A stretch of 64,000 bases of DNA from the IMG/VR virus record IMGVR_UViG_3300037420_001273; one strand, 5' to 3'. Of this stretch, positions 24,294 to 33,968 are shown one piece after another. This stretch comes from a virus. The position numbers and the translations under genes are program-made. The notes below the pieces were generated by a model. That model saw only the letters and a list, made by a program, of their open reading frames with translations. It ran no database searches and was not told the DNA's origin. Within the stretch, counting starts at the first letter, position 1, and the number at the start of each line of letters is the position of its first letter.

Positions 24294-26188
24294 ATTCGAC
24301 CCGCATGCCCCGTTCGTCGACGAAAAAGGCTACGACTACGACGACTTCGCGGCGTTCCTCGCCGGCCGCAAAGAAAACTGCTGGCGCAACCGCGAAATCG
24401 AAAGCATCTGGAGCGTCTCCGGCAAAGACCCCTCTCGCGCACGGCGCTACGTCGGCGCCGTGCGCCACTGCTACGACAAGGACGGAAACATCAACCTCGG
24501 GCTCGGCCGCCCCCAGCAGCGCTCCTTCCCGTTTTGACCCCGACTTCGAGCGCCAGCTCGAGTTCGCCAAGGCCAGCCCCGAGAACACCGCCCCTCTGCC
24601 TCCTTTGAACCCCCGGCGCCATGCGCTGGAGAAGGAGATGGCCAGCCGCGTGCTCGCGCGGCGGCGCCTGTTGCCGTTCGTGCAGCGCATGAACGAGCGC
24701 TACGACGCCGGTTGGGTGCACGAGGACATCTGCCACCGCCTGGAGAAGTTCAGCGACGACGTCGCCAAGGGGTTGTCGCCGCGGCTGATGCTCCTGATGC
24801 CCCCGCGGCATGGGAAGAGCGAGCTCGCGAGCAAGAACTTCCCGGCCTGGCACCTGGGCCGGCATCCGGACCACGAGTTCATCGCCTGCTCGTACAACCT
24901 GAGCCTGGCGATGGGCTTCAGCCGCAAGGTCAAGCAGATCATCGACGACCCGTCGTACCAGTCGGTCTTCGCAGAGACCCGCCTGGACCCGAACAACTCG
25001 TCGACCGAGGAGTGGGGCATCCACAACCAGCGCGGCGGCTACGTCGCAGCTGGTATCGGCGGCCCGATCACCGGCAAGGGCGCGCACGTGCTCGTGATCG
25101 ACGACCCGGTGAAGAACGCCGAGGAGGCGGACTCGGCCGACGCGCGCGAGAAGATCTGGGAGTGGTACCTGTCCACCGCGTACACGCGCCTGGCCCCCGG
25201 AGGGGGCGTGCTCGTGATCCAGACCTGGTGGCACGACGACGACCTGGCCGGGCGGCTGCAGCAGATGATGGCCCAGGCCGGCGAGCTCGACGACGACGTC
25301 GATCAGTTCGAGGTGGTCAAGTACCCCGCTATCGCGGAGCGCGACGAGTACCTGGACGAGACCACCGGCTTGATCGCGTACGACGAGGCGCCGGCGCAGG
25401 GCCGTCTGCTGCGTGCCCGCGGCGAGGCGCTGCACCCCAGCCGCTACGACCTGAAGAAGCTCAGCCGCATCCGGGCGCTCAACCGCAAGGGCGACGGCAC
25501 TGACGGGCGCTGGTGGTCGGCGCTGTACCAGCAGAACCCGGTGCCTGACGACGGCAGCTACTTCACCAAGGACCAGTTCCGGCGGGGGCCGATTCCGGCG
25601 AAGCCCGAGGCGCGCGTGTACATCGCGTGGGACTTCGCGATCAGCGAGAAGAAGCAGAACGACTACACCGTCGGCTCGGTGGGCCTGCAGGACGGCGACG
25701 ACGTCCTGCACGTCGCGGAGGTGGTGCGCTTCAAGTCCGGCGACGCTTTTTTCATCGTGGAATCTATCTTAGATCTAACGGCGAAGTGGTATAGTCCGTC
25801 CCTGATTCTGGGCTTCGAGGACGGGCAGATCTTCCGTGCGATCGAGGCGCTGTTGAAGAAGCGCATGCGCGAGCGGCGGATCTACCCGGCCGTCGAGGTC
25901 TTGAAGCCGATCACGGACAAGATGGCCCGAGCGCGGGCCCTTCAGGGTCGTATGCAGCAAGGCATGGTGAGTTTCAACGACCAGGCTCAGTGGTACGAGA
26001 CGGTCAGGGCCGAGATGCTGCGCTTTCCCGCCGGCGTTCACGACGACTGCGTCGACTCCCTCGCCTGGATGACGCAACTGGTCGTGGGGCGCGAGCCCCC
26101 GAGGAAGCCTCAGCCGCAGCGCATGAAGAGCTGGAAGGACAAGTTGTCCAACCTCGGCGCCGGTCAAGGCTCCCACATGTCCGCTTGA
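24241..26188 (+). CDS. Terminase large subunit; reading frame changes +1 at 24532-24537 (CCG TTT TGA C)
   Basis: Walker A-like LLMPPRHGKSE, Walker B VLVIDDP and a C-terminal nuclease region. The GTG at 24241 has AGGAGG 6 nt upstream. That frame carries the G/C third-position signal up to its stop at 24535-24537, and the TerL frame carries it from 24536 onward. An independent start at ATG 24638 is the alternative. Confidence 0.85.
25762..25786. promoter_or_regulatory. Dispersed motif instance inside TerL coding sequence (perfect palindrome TTAGATCTAA)
   Basis: atctatcttagatctaacggcgaag. It is encoded with codons that are rare here (tct, tta, cta, tat, agt). Confidence 0.5.
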
Positions 26189-26207
26189 AGCCCAGGAGCC
26201 CGAAAGC

Positions 26208-26417
26208 ATGGCCGTCCTCACCGCGAAGTCCCGCAACTCGTTGCGCTCCAGCACCTTCGGGCTGCCGAAGTCGCGCAAGTACCCGATGCCCGACAAGAGC
26301 CACGCGGCGAACGCCAAGAGCCGCGCGAGCCAGCAGCTGCACCGCGGCAACCTGAGCAAGAGCCAGTACAGCCAGATCGTCTCGAAGGCGAATCGCAAGC
26401 TGCGGGGGGCGTACTGA
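26208..26417 (+). CDS. Hypothetical small basic protein
   Basis: 69-aa ORF with AGGAG upstream (KYPMPDKSHAANAKSRASQQ). Confidence 0.6.
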   Translation: MAVLTAKSRNSLRSSTFGLPKSRKYPMPDKSHAANAKSRASQQLHRGNLSKSQYSQIVSKANRKLRGAY

Positions 26418-26674
26418 TGGCCCGCCGCCGCAAAGCCGTCTTCACCCACAAGGGCTGGATCGGCCTGGCGCCGATCTACATCGGCGCGCTCAACGGCCCC
26501 GACGACACCCCGCTCGACGTCATGGCGCGCTCCGCGTGGCTCGAGTGGTGGGCGAGCCTGAACTGCTCGGTCATCTACTTCATCGGCTGGCTGTTCGGCA
26601 CTGACCGAGCCCCGTTCGTCGTCACCGACGACGTCGACCCGCCGATTGTGCGCTACGTCGAGGAGGACGAGTGA
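26417..26674 (+). CDS. Hypothetical small protein
   Basis: 85-aa ORF, coupled to both neighbours. Confidence 0.6.
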   Translation: MARRRKAVFTHKGWIGLAPIYIGALNGPDDTPLDVMARSAWLEWWASLNCSVIYFIGWLFGTDRAPFVVTDDVDPPIVRYVEEDE

Positions 26675-26955
26675 CCCCTACCGACTTCGTGACCTGGCTT
26701 CAAGGCGTCGCCGACGTGCTCGGCGACGAGCCCCCGACGAAAGAGCGCTGGGAGCGCATCGTCAAGCAGCTGAGCGAGGTGCGCGTCACCCCCGCGCCGG
26801 CGCCGTTGACCTGGCCGACGCTGAACCCGCCGCCTGTACCCGTCCAGCCGCCGGCGTGGCCGACGTGGACTGTCTGGAGCGCTGGGAACTGCGGCCCCGA
26901 GGTCACCAGCACCGCGGTCATCGACTTCTCGAAGACCACGACGCACCGTCTATGA
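26671..26955 (+). CDS. Hypothetical Pro-rich protein
   Basis: 94-aa ORF with GTGA coupling upstream and ATGA coupling downstream. Confidence 0.55.
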   Translation: MTPTDFVTWLQGVADVLGDEPPTKERWERIVKQLSEVRVTPAPAPLTWPTLNPPPVPVQPPAWPTWTVWSAGNCGPEVTSTAVIDFSKTTTHRL

Positions 26956-27314
26956 GCCACAACGTCGCCGCAGAGCTCGTAGCGCGCTGCTTCGCCACGC
27001 GCACGGCGGCGCACTTCGCGCACCTGAAGACGAAGAGTTACGCCGCGCACGTGGCGCTCAACGAGTTCTACGACGCCGTCATCGAGCATGCGGACGCGTT
27101 CGCCGAGTGCTACCAGGGCGTGTTCGGCGTGATCCAGAACTACCCCGAGTACCCGTGTCCGAGCGGAGAGCTAAAGCCGATCGTCGAGCTGCGCGACTGG
27201 CTGTCGCAGAACCGCCAGGCGGCCAGCCGCGGCGAGACCGAGCTGGGCAACCTTATCGACGAGATCAAGACGGTGTGTGACCGCGCCATCTACAAGCTGG
27301 TGAACCTCAAGTGA
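26952..27314 (+). CDS. Hypothetical helical protein (120 aa)
   Basis: The start was taken at MSHNVAAEL (ATG 26952, ATGA overlap). Only this C-terminal part of the 222-aa track ORF looks coding. Confidence 0.65.
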   Translation: MSHNVAAELVARCFATRTAAHFAHLKTKSYAAHVALNEFYDAVIEHADAFAECYQGVFGVIQNYPEYPCPSGELKPIVELRDWLSQNRQAASRGETELGNLIDEIKTVCDRAIYKLVNLK

Positions 27315-27568
27315 TCGACTTCAAGCAGATCGACAAGCAGGGTCACTTCTTCGCAGGCGGCTGCATCGCGTCGGCTGTCGCCGCAGTGGCGGTGCCGCAC
27401 CTTAACCGCGTCGGCTTCGTGCTGGCGTTTTTCGCCGCCGCCATCGTCGGCGTGTGCAAGGAGCTATGGGACGGGCACCACACAGGGCATGTCAAGGACT
27501 GGGACGACGCACGAGCCACCGCGCTGGGCGCACTCGTGATGACGGCCTGGCTGTTCGCCTGGAGCTGA
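27311..27568 (+). CDS. Small membrane protein
   Basis: 85 aa with about 3 hydrophobic segments. It is coupled upstream. Confidence 0.6.
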   Translation: MIDFKQIDKQGHFFAGGCIASAVAAVAVPHLNRVGFVLAFFAAAIVGVCKELWDGHHTGHVKDWDDARATALGALVMTAWLFAWS

Positions 27569-27573
27569 TCGAC

Positions 27574-28083
27574 GTGGCAATTTCGAAAGCTGCAAAAGCC
27601 GCGTACGACCGCGAATACCGCGCTCGTAACAAGGAGCGCATCGCAGCGCGGAAGGCTGCTTACGTCGCACAACACAAGGAACAAGAGGCCGCTCGCGTGC
27701 GTGCGTGGATAGAAACGAACCCCGAGCGGGCGAAGGAAATCAAGAGTCGTTGCCGCGAAAAACGCGCAGAGCAAGAGCGTGCGTACCAAAGACACGTAGC
27801 CCCAAAGAAGGCTGAGTACATGCGGCAATACCGCAAACAGAAGCCGCACGTTTGGAAGAAGGAAACCGCGCAACGGCGACGCAGTCTCGGCGCTGCAACA
27901 CCGCCGTGGGCAGACCGACGCGCACTGGATGCCATTTGGCGCGCCGCACGCAGCGCGGGGTTGCATGTAGACCACATAGTCCCGTTGCGAGGGAAGTTTG
28001 TTTGTGGCTTGAACGTTCCGTGGAATCTGCAGTTGCTGGACCCCAAGGCGAACCGACAGAAAGGAAATCGCCATGCCTATTGA
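27574..28083 (+). CDS. HNH endonuclease
   Basis: HVDHIVPLRGKFVCGLNVPWNLQLLDPKANRQKGNR. The start was set to GTG 27574, after the upstream stop. The N-terminus of the longer track ORF overlaps the previous gene. Confidence 0.8.
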   Translation: MAISKAAKAAYDREYRARNKERIAARKAAYVAQHKEQEAARVRAWIETNPERAKEIKSRCREKRAEQERAYQRHVAPKKAEYMRQYRKQKPHVWKKETAQRRRSLGAATPPWADRRALDAIWRAARSAGLHVDHIVPLRGKFVCGLNVPWNLQLLDPKANRQKGNRHAY

Positions 28084-30211
28084 TACCGTCGCAGCGACCA
28101 AGGTCTGGAATCGTTATGCCTGGACGCGCGACAACGGTCACACGGACTTCGTCCTGAAGGCCGACAAGTGCGAGAAGTTCTTCGCCGGCGAGCAGTGGGA
28201 CCCGGCGGACCTGGTCAAGCTGCGCGCGTCGCGCCGGCCTGCGCTCACGATCAACAAGATCCTGTCGACCCTGGCCAACGTCATGGGCGAGCAGATCTAC
28301 AACCGCTCGGAGATCGCGTTCCGGCCGCGCTCAGGCGCGCCCTCGGAGGTCGCCGAGGCGCTGACGAAGGTCTTCAAGCAGATCTCGGACAACAACCAGC
28401 TGGACTGGAAGCGCTCGGACATGTTCGCCGACGGCTGTATCACCAGCCGCGGCTTCCTGGACGTGCGCCTGGACTTCACCGACGCGATGCAGGGCGAGGT
28501 CCGCATCGACAAGCTGAACCCGAAGAACGTGATCGTCGACCCTGACGGGGAGGACTACGACCCCGACACGTGGGCCGACGTGATGATCACGAAGTGGGTC
28601 ACGGCCGACGACATCGCCGTGCTCTACAACCCCGAGGACGCTGAGCTGCTGCGCAACCGCGAGCAGAGCTATTTCCCCTACGGCTACGACTCGATCCAGG
28701 CCAACCGCGACCGCTTCGGCAACCGCCTGAACCCGATGTACAACGGGGTGTACGACGAGTCGAGCGTGATGCGCAACATCCGCGTGATCGAGCGCCAGTA
28801 CCGCGTGCTCGACCGCCAGATGCACTTCATGTCGCCCGAGACCGGGGACATGCGGCCGATTCCGAAGGAGTTCGACCGCAACAAGATCGCCTGGTTCGTC
28901 GACAAGTTCGGCTTCCAGGTCGTGCCGAAGCTGGTGCGCCGCATCAAGTGGTGCGTCGTGGCTGACAACGTGCTGCTGCACGAGGACTGGAGCCCGTACA
29001 AGCACTTCACCGTCGTGCCGTTCTTCCCGTACTTCCGGCACGGGAACACGATCGGCCTGGTCGAGAACCTGCTCGGGCCGCAGGAGCTGCTGAACAAGGT
29101 CTCCAGCCAGGAGCTGCACGTGGTCAACACCACGGCGAACTCAGGCTGGAAGATCAAGGCCGGCGCGCTGCTCAACATGAGCATCGAGGAGCTCGAGCAG
29201 CGTGGCGCCGAGAGCGGCCTGGTGGTCGAGATCAACGGCGACCCGGAGAAGGACGCCGTCAAGATCCAGCCGAACCAGGTCCCGCAGGGGCTGGATCGCG
29301 TCAGCTACAAGGCCGAGGAGCACATCAAGACGATCTCCGGCGTGCCTGACAGCGTGCAGGGCTTCGACCGTGAGGACGTCGCCGCGAAGGCGATCCAGGC
29401 CAAGCGCCAGGCCGCGGCCACGAACATGGCCAAGCCGCTGGACAGCCTGACGCGCTCGGACTTCATTCTCGCGCGCAACGTGCTCGACCTGGTGCAGGAG
29501 TTCTACACCGAGCCGCGCCTGCTCACGATCACGAAGGACCGCATCACCGGCGAGACCGAGACGTTCGGCATCAACCAGCCCACCGCCGAGGGTGAGATCG
29601 TCAACGACCTGACGCTCGGCGAGTACGACGTGGTCATCAGCTCGGTGCCGCAGCGCGAGACGCTGGAGGACAGCCAGTTCGACCAGGCCGTGGCGCTGAA
29701 GGAGCTCGGGGTCGCGATTCCCGACAGCGTGCTCATCGAGAACAGCCGCCTGATGCGCAAGAGCGACATCCTCAAGCAGATGCAGGGTGACGCCGAGTCG
29801 CCCGAGGCGCAGATGCAGAAGCAGCTGCAGATGCGTGCGCAGGCCGCTGAGGTCAGCAAGCTCGAGGGCGAGGCCGCGGCGAAGCACGCCGACGCCGGCC
29901 TGCGCCAGGCCAAGACCCAGGAGACGATGGTCAAGGCGCACAAGGAGGCGGTCACGCCCCCTGAGGACAACGGCATCCACGTGAAGATGATGGAGGCCGA
30001 GGCCGACATGGAGCTCGAGGACCGCAAGTTCGAGCACCAGAAGGCCCTGGACTACGCCGAGCTGCAGCACAAGATGCGCCTCGAGAAAGCCCAGGCGGAG
30101 CAGGACGCGCAGCTCAAGGCCGAGCAGGCCGCCACTGAGCGCCAGATCCGCATCCAGCAAGCGGCGCAGCAAGCGTCGAATCCGAAGCAACCCAGCAAGC
30201 AAGGAGCGTGA
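28073..30211 (+). CDS. Portal protein
   Basis: 712 aa, lying between the terminase block and the scaffold. It has a long C-terminal coiled-coil (QMQKQLQMRAQAAEVSKLEGEAAAKH ...), reminiscent of portal barrel extensions. Confidence 0.85.
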   Translation: MPIDTVAATKVWNRYAWTRDNGHTDFVLKADKCEKFFAGEQWDPADLVKLRASRRPALTINKILSTLANVMGEQIYNRSEIAFRPRSGAPSEVAEALTKVFKQISDNNQLDWKRSDMFADGCITSRGFLDVRLDFTDAMQGEVRIDKLNPKNVIVDPDGEDYDPDTWADVMITKWVTADDIAVLYNPEDAELLRNREQSYFPYGYDSIQANRDRFGNRLNPMYNGVYDESSVMRNIRVIERQYRVLDRQMHFMSPETGDMRPIPKEFDRNKIAWFVDKFGFQVVPKLVRRIKWCVVADNVLLHEDWSPYKHFTVVPFFPYFRHGNTIGLVENLLGPQELLNKVSSQELHVVNTTANSGWKIKAGALLNMSIEELEQRGAESGLVVEINGDPEKDAVKIQPNQVPQGLDRVSYKAEEHIKTISGVPDSVQGFDREDVAAKAIQAKRQAAATNMAKPLDSLTRSDFILARNVLDLVQEFYTEPRLLTITKDRITGETETFGINQPTAEGEIVNDLTLGEYDVVISSVPQRETLEDSQFDQAVALKELGVAIPDSVLIENSRLMRKSDILKQMQGDAESPEAQMQKQLQMRAQAAEVSKLEGEAAAKHADAGLRQAKTQETMVKAHKEAVTPPEDNGIHVKMMEAEADMELEDRKFEHQKALDYAELQHKMRLEKAQAEQDAQLKAEQAATERQIRIQQAAQQASNPKQPSKQGA

Positions 30212-31236
30212 ACATGAGCATGTTGCTCAAGAAACTGCTGCACCCGTACCTCATGGCACCGGCCGACGACGGCGGCTCCGGCGGCGGTGCAGTCGACCGC
30301 GGCGACGACTTCACGCCCACCGAGGACGACGACACCCCGGACCCGCAGAAGGCTGAGGCCACCGACGAGGACAAGAAGAAGGTCGGCGTCAGCGACGAGC
30401 TCGACGAGGAAGAAGAGCCCAAGAGCGAAGAGGAAGAAGAGCAGAAGGACGAGAAGAAGGACAAGAAGAAGGACTCGCGCATGCCGCTGGCGCGGCACAA
30501 GGAGATCCTCGAGCGCGAGCGCGCGCAGCGCAAGGCACTCGAGGACGAGCTGGCTCGCTTCAAGCAGGGCGACAAGATCGCCGCGACGAACGAGGAGATC
30601 ACCAAGGCGGAGAACAACCTCCTGGCCTTGGAGAAGGAGTACCACAAGCTGATCGCCGACGGCGAGTCGGACAAGGCCGTCGACAAGATGGGCGAGATCC
30701 GCCGCCTGGAGCGTGCGATCCAGGACAAGCGCACCGAGATGCTCACGCAGGCCGCCGAGACGCGCGCCGCCGAGCGCGTGCGCTACGACCTGACGCTCGA
30801 GCGTCTCGAGGAGGCGTACCCGACGATCAACGAGGACTCGGACGACTTCGACCAGGGGGTCGCCGACGAGGTGATCGACGTCAAGCTCGCGTTCCAGGCC
30901 CGCGGCTACCCGGCCAGCCAGGCGCTGCAGCGCGCGGTGAAGTACGTGCTCGGCGAGCCGAAGAACCGCGCCCAGGAGCGCGCGGTGAACTCCGAGGCGC
31001 GCGTCGACAAGGAGGACGTGGCCAAGAAGGTCGCCGAGGAGCGCGCCGCCGCTGCGCGCAAGAAAGCTGCCGACACCGCCGGCAAGCAGCCTCCGAGCAC
31101 GGCGAAGATCGGGCAGGACAGCGACAAGTCCGGCGGCGGCATTAACGCGCGTGACGTGATGAAGATGAGCCAGGACGACTTCTCGAAGCTCGACGAGGCG
31201 ACCCTGGCCAAGCTGCGCGGCGACGAGCTCGTCTGA
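30208..31236 (+). CDS. Scaffolding protein
   Basis: 342 aa, highly charged coiled-coil (EEEEPKSEEEEEQKDEKKDKKKD). It lies between the portal and capsid genes. Confidence 0.7.
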   Translation: MNMSMLLKKLLHPYLMAPADDGGSGGGAVDRGDDFTPTEDDDTPDPQKAEATDEDKKKVGVSDELDEEEEPKSEEEEEQKDEKKDKKKDSRMPLARHKEILERERAQRKALEDELARFKQGDKIAATNEEITKAENNLLALEKEYHKLIADGESDKAVDKMGEIRRLERAIQDKRTEMLTQAAETRAAERVRYDLTLERLEEAYPTINEDSDDFDQGVADEVIDVKLAFQARGYPASQALQRAVKYVLGEPKNRAQERAVNSEARVDKEDVAKKVAEERAAAARKKAADTAGKQPPSTAKIGQDSDKSGGGINARDVMKMSQDDFSKLDEATLAKLRGDELV

Positions 31237-31248
31237 AGGGGGTAGCGC

Positions 31249-31521
31249 ATGCGCCCGTTCGTTGGTCAGAGCGTCTTGGTCAAGGGGCCGTACAGCAACG
31301 GCTCCAGCGTCCACCCGGCTGTCATCACCCGAGTGCACAGCCACAACGACCTCGAGGAGGGGCCGGTCTGCGTGAACCTGACGGTGTTCTTGGACTGTGC
31401 GTCGCCGGTGAGTCACCCGTCGGTGTACCTGTACCGCAACACCGGCGCTGCCCAGGCCGCCCTCGCGCTGGTGCCTCGGCACTATGCAGCCCCTCACGTA
31501 GCGTATCTGCCCGAAGAATGA
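31249..31521 (+). CDS. Hypothetical small protein
   Basis: 90-aa ORF in the head module. Confidence 0.55.
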   Translation: MRPFVGQSVLVKGPYSNGSSVHPAVITRVHSHNDLEEGPVCVNLTVFLDCASPVSHPSVYLYRNTGAAQAALALVPRHYAAPHVAYLPEE

Positions 31522-31814
31522 GCGCCTGGCGTGTTCTCGTGCGCCGGCTGTACGAGCTTGGTGGCGAGGGCACGCGCGATCAGTTCGACGACTTCTCCAT
31601 GTCGGCCGGCAGCAGCAACTGGGCGGTCGAGCGTGCGAAAGCGCTGGGGTTGATCGAGCTCGTCGACAAGCGCCGGCAACGACCGCGGTGGCGCCTTACT
31701 GAGCTCGGGCGCCGGTACTGTGAAGGCGAAGCCGAGCTCCGGCACGCACCACGCATAACCGGCGGGAAAGCCGCCGACTACATCGCAGCGAGTTGGTTGT
31801 CATGTCTGAAATGA
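31518..31814 (+). CDS. Putative winged-helix protein
   Basis: 98 aa. ALGLIELVDKRRQRPRWRLTELGRRY resembles a wHTH recognition helix plus wing. Confidence 0.5.
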   Translation: MSAWRVLVRRLYELGGEGTRDQFDDFSMSAGSSNWAVERAKALGLIELVDKRRQRPRWRLTELGRRYCEGEAELRHAPRITGGKAADYIAASWLSCLK

Positions 31815-32176
31815 ACCGCAGCCAGGAAGACGAGATCCTCCGCCAGGCGAAGGAGATCGAGAAGCGCCGCAGCGAGGAGTACGCCGCGCAGTCGCGCGAG
31901 ACCATGCACCGCGTCGAGACCGGCCAGCCGCCGTACACCGACACGGAGCTGATCTACGCCGCCACGGCGCGCTGCAAGTGCGGCGCCGGCTTCGCGTACC
32001 CGCGCGCGCCGTTCCGGAGCGGCATGTGGGTCTGCGCGGCGCTGCTCAAGAGCGGCGACCGTTCGATGCAGGAGCAATCTAAGCACGACGCGTCGCTGCC
32101 GTTCATGTTCTACGAGGTCAAGAGCGAGGACCAGCCGAGCGCATACGGCTGGACGACGCGACCGAAATCGAAGTAA
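31811..32176 (+). CDS. Hypothetical protein
   Basis: The start was taken at ATG 31811 (ATGA overlap). An alternative ATG is at 31802. It contains Cys pairs (CKCG ... C). Confidence 0.55.
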   Translation: MNRSQEDEILRQAKEIEKRRSEEYAAQSRETMHRVETGQPPYTDTELIYAATARCKCGAGFAYPRAPFRSGMWVCAALLKSGDRSMQEQSKHDASLPFMFYEVKSEDQPSAYGWTTRPKSK

Positions 32177-32239
32177 GATCGAAACGCCTCGCAAGGGCAG
32201 TTGCTTGTCTCCCTCCCCCTCTGGGCACGCCCAGTTCAA

Positions 32240-32266
32240 GAGCCGCTTGTCAAGCGGCTCTTTTTT
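32240..32266 (+). terminator. Rho-independent terminator
   Basis: gagccgc-ttgtcaa-gcggctc followed by tttttt, downstream of the gene ending at 32176. Confidence 0.7.
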
Positions 32267-32275
32267 CGATTACAT

Positions 32276-32286
32276 TTCGATCTAAC
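32276..32286. promoter_or_regulatory. Dispersed motif instance in capsid-gene leader
   Basis: ttcgatctaac, directly after the terminator. A related gttctctaacttcgac lies at 32357-32372. Confidence 0.5.
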
Positions 32287-32389
32287 ACGTTCGCAGAGCA
32301 CGACAGCCTCTGCAACCCTCTCGCCCAGTCGGAGCGACATCTCGACGAAAGGAGCTGTTCTCTAACTTCGACGAGAGGAGGGGCCTACC

Positions 32390-33502
32390 ATGGCTCTTAC
32401 CAATTTCGGTCTGTTGACGACGGAGCAGAAAACCGTCTGGTCGATGGACCTGTGGAAGCAAGCTCGCAACCAGAGCTTCATCAACCGTTTCCTGGGCAAG
32501 GGCCCGAACTCGATGGTGCAACACATCACCGAGTTGAAGAAGACCGAGAAGGGCGCTCGCGCGGTCATCACGCTGCTGGCCGACCTGACCGGTGACGGCG
32601 TCGCCGGCGACCGCACGCTGGAAGGCAACGAAGAGGCGATGCAGACCTTCGACCAGGTCATCCGCATCGACCAGCTGCGTCACGCCAACCGGCACGAAGG
32701 TCGCATGGCCGACCAGAAGTCGATCGTCGAGTTCCGCAACAACAGCCGCGATGTGCTCGCGTACTGGCTGGCGGACCGCATCGACCAGCTGGCGTTCCTG
32801 ACCCTGTCCGGCGTCTCGTACGCGAACAAGAACACCGGCGTCGCCCGCACGGGTTCGGACCTGCCGTACCTGGAGTTCGCCGCCGACGTGGCCACGCCGT
32901 CGAGCAACCGCCGCCTGCGCTGGGACGCCACCAACGGCGTGCTGGTGTCGAGCGCCGCGACCTCGGGCATCGCTTCCACCGACCTGCCGCAGTGGGCCAC
33001 CTTCGTCGCGCTGAAGGCGTACGCGAAGGAGCGCTACATCCGCGGCATCAAGGACGGCAACGGCGAGGAGACCTTCCACGCGTTCCTGACCCCGCAGGCG
33101 ATGTCGCGCCTGAAGCTGGACAACAACTACATGCTGAACCTGCGGCACTCGCAAGAGCGCGGCAACAGCAACGAGCTGTTCACCGGCACCTCGGTCAAGA
33201 TCGACGGCATCTACCTGCACGAGTTCCGCCACGTGTACAACACGCGCCTCGCGGCGTCGGGTTCGAAGTGGGGTTCTGGCGGCACGGTCGACGGCTGCCA
33301 GATCCTGTTCTGCGGCGCCCAAGCGCTCGGCATGGCCGACATCGGCGCGCCGGAGTGGGTCGAGAAGGGCTTCGACTACGAGAACCAGCAGGGCATCTCG
33401 GTCGGCAAGATCCTCGGCTTCCTGAAGCCGAAGTTCGGCAACATCTACGAGAGCGGCAGCGTCGAAGACTTCGGCGTGATCAGCTGCTACGTGGCGCAAT
33501 AA
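32390..33502 (+). CDS. Major capsid protein (HK97-fold type)
   Basis: 370 aa with AGGAGG upstream. It has its own leader and a stable hairpin after the next gene. The N-terminus MALTNFGLLTTEQKTVWS and overall pattern recall N4 gp56-type capsid proteins (from memory, unverified). Confidence 0.85.
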   Translation: MALTNFGLLTTEQKTVWSMDLWKQARNQSFINRFLGKGPNSMVQHITELKKTEKGARAVITLLADLTGDGVAGDRTLEGNEEAMQTFDQVIRIDQLRHANRHEGRMADQKSIVEFRNNSRDVLAYWLADRIDQLAFLTLSGVSYANKNTGVARTGSDLPYLEFAADVATPSSNRRLRWDATNGVLVSSAATSGIASTDLPQWATFVALKAYAKERYIRGIKDGNGEETFHAFLTPQAMSRLKLDNNYMLNLRHSQERGNSNELFTGTSVKIDGIYLHEFRHVYNTRLAASGSKWGSGGTVDGCQILFCGAQALGMADIGAPEWVEKGFDYENQQGISVGKILGFLKPKFGNIYESGSVEDFGVISCYVAQ

Positions 33503-33514
33503 GGAGGCTGAAAC

Positions 33515-33961
33515 ATGTCTGTCCTGAAAGCCTCGCGCACCGCGCAGTACGCCCTGTGGGCGGAGTTCACCTGGAACTACAACGACACTGCGGTCGATAC
33601 CGTCGCCGGTACGTCCAAGACGTTCGGTTCCACGTTCGGCGACAACCTGGTGTTCGACTGCATCCCGCTGCCGCCGAACGCCACCGTCGTCGGCGGTGAG
33701 CTGGTGGTCGAGACGGCGTACGCCGGCCCGACCGCAGCCACGGTGTCGATCGGCGACTCGGTGTCCGCCACCCGCTACGGCTCGACTGTCGACATGAAGA
33801 CCGCCGCCCGCACCGCGCTGACCCTCACGGGTTTCCGCGGCGCCGGCGAGAACATCCGCATCACCCAGAACGTGACGGTCGCCAACGCGACCGCCGGCAA
33901 GGTGACGCTGCGGGTGGCCTACGTGGTCCAGAGCCGCGCGCAAGAAACCCAGATCGCCTGA
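33515..33961 (+). CDS. Putative capsid decoration / accessory head protein
   Basis: 148 aa, immediately after the capsid gene with AAGGAGG upstream. The function is inferred from position only. Confidence 0.55.
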   Translation: MSVLKASRTAQYALWAEFTWNYNDTAVDTVAGTSKTFGSTFGDNLVFDCIPLPPNATVVGGELVVETAYAGPTAATVSIGDSVSATRYGSTVDMKTAARTALTLTGFRGAGENIRITQNVTVANATAGKVTLRVAYVVQSRAQETQIA

Positions 33962-33968
33962 TCTGGTT

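Noticed and set aside
24305-24535. ATG 24305 as the TerL start (ORF-track N-terminus MPRSSTKKATTTTTSRR...).
   Set aside because: This frame has low third-position G/C and low-complexity sequence. The overlapping frame from GTG 24241 has a strong SD and strong codon bias. See the frameshift finding.
26646-27314. 222-aa ORF as one protein.
   Set aside because: The N-terminal 100 aa are Arg/Ala-rich and overlap two better ORFs in other frames. Only the part from ATG 26952 is retained.
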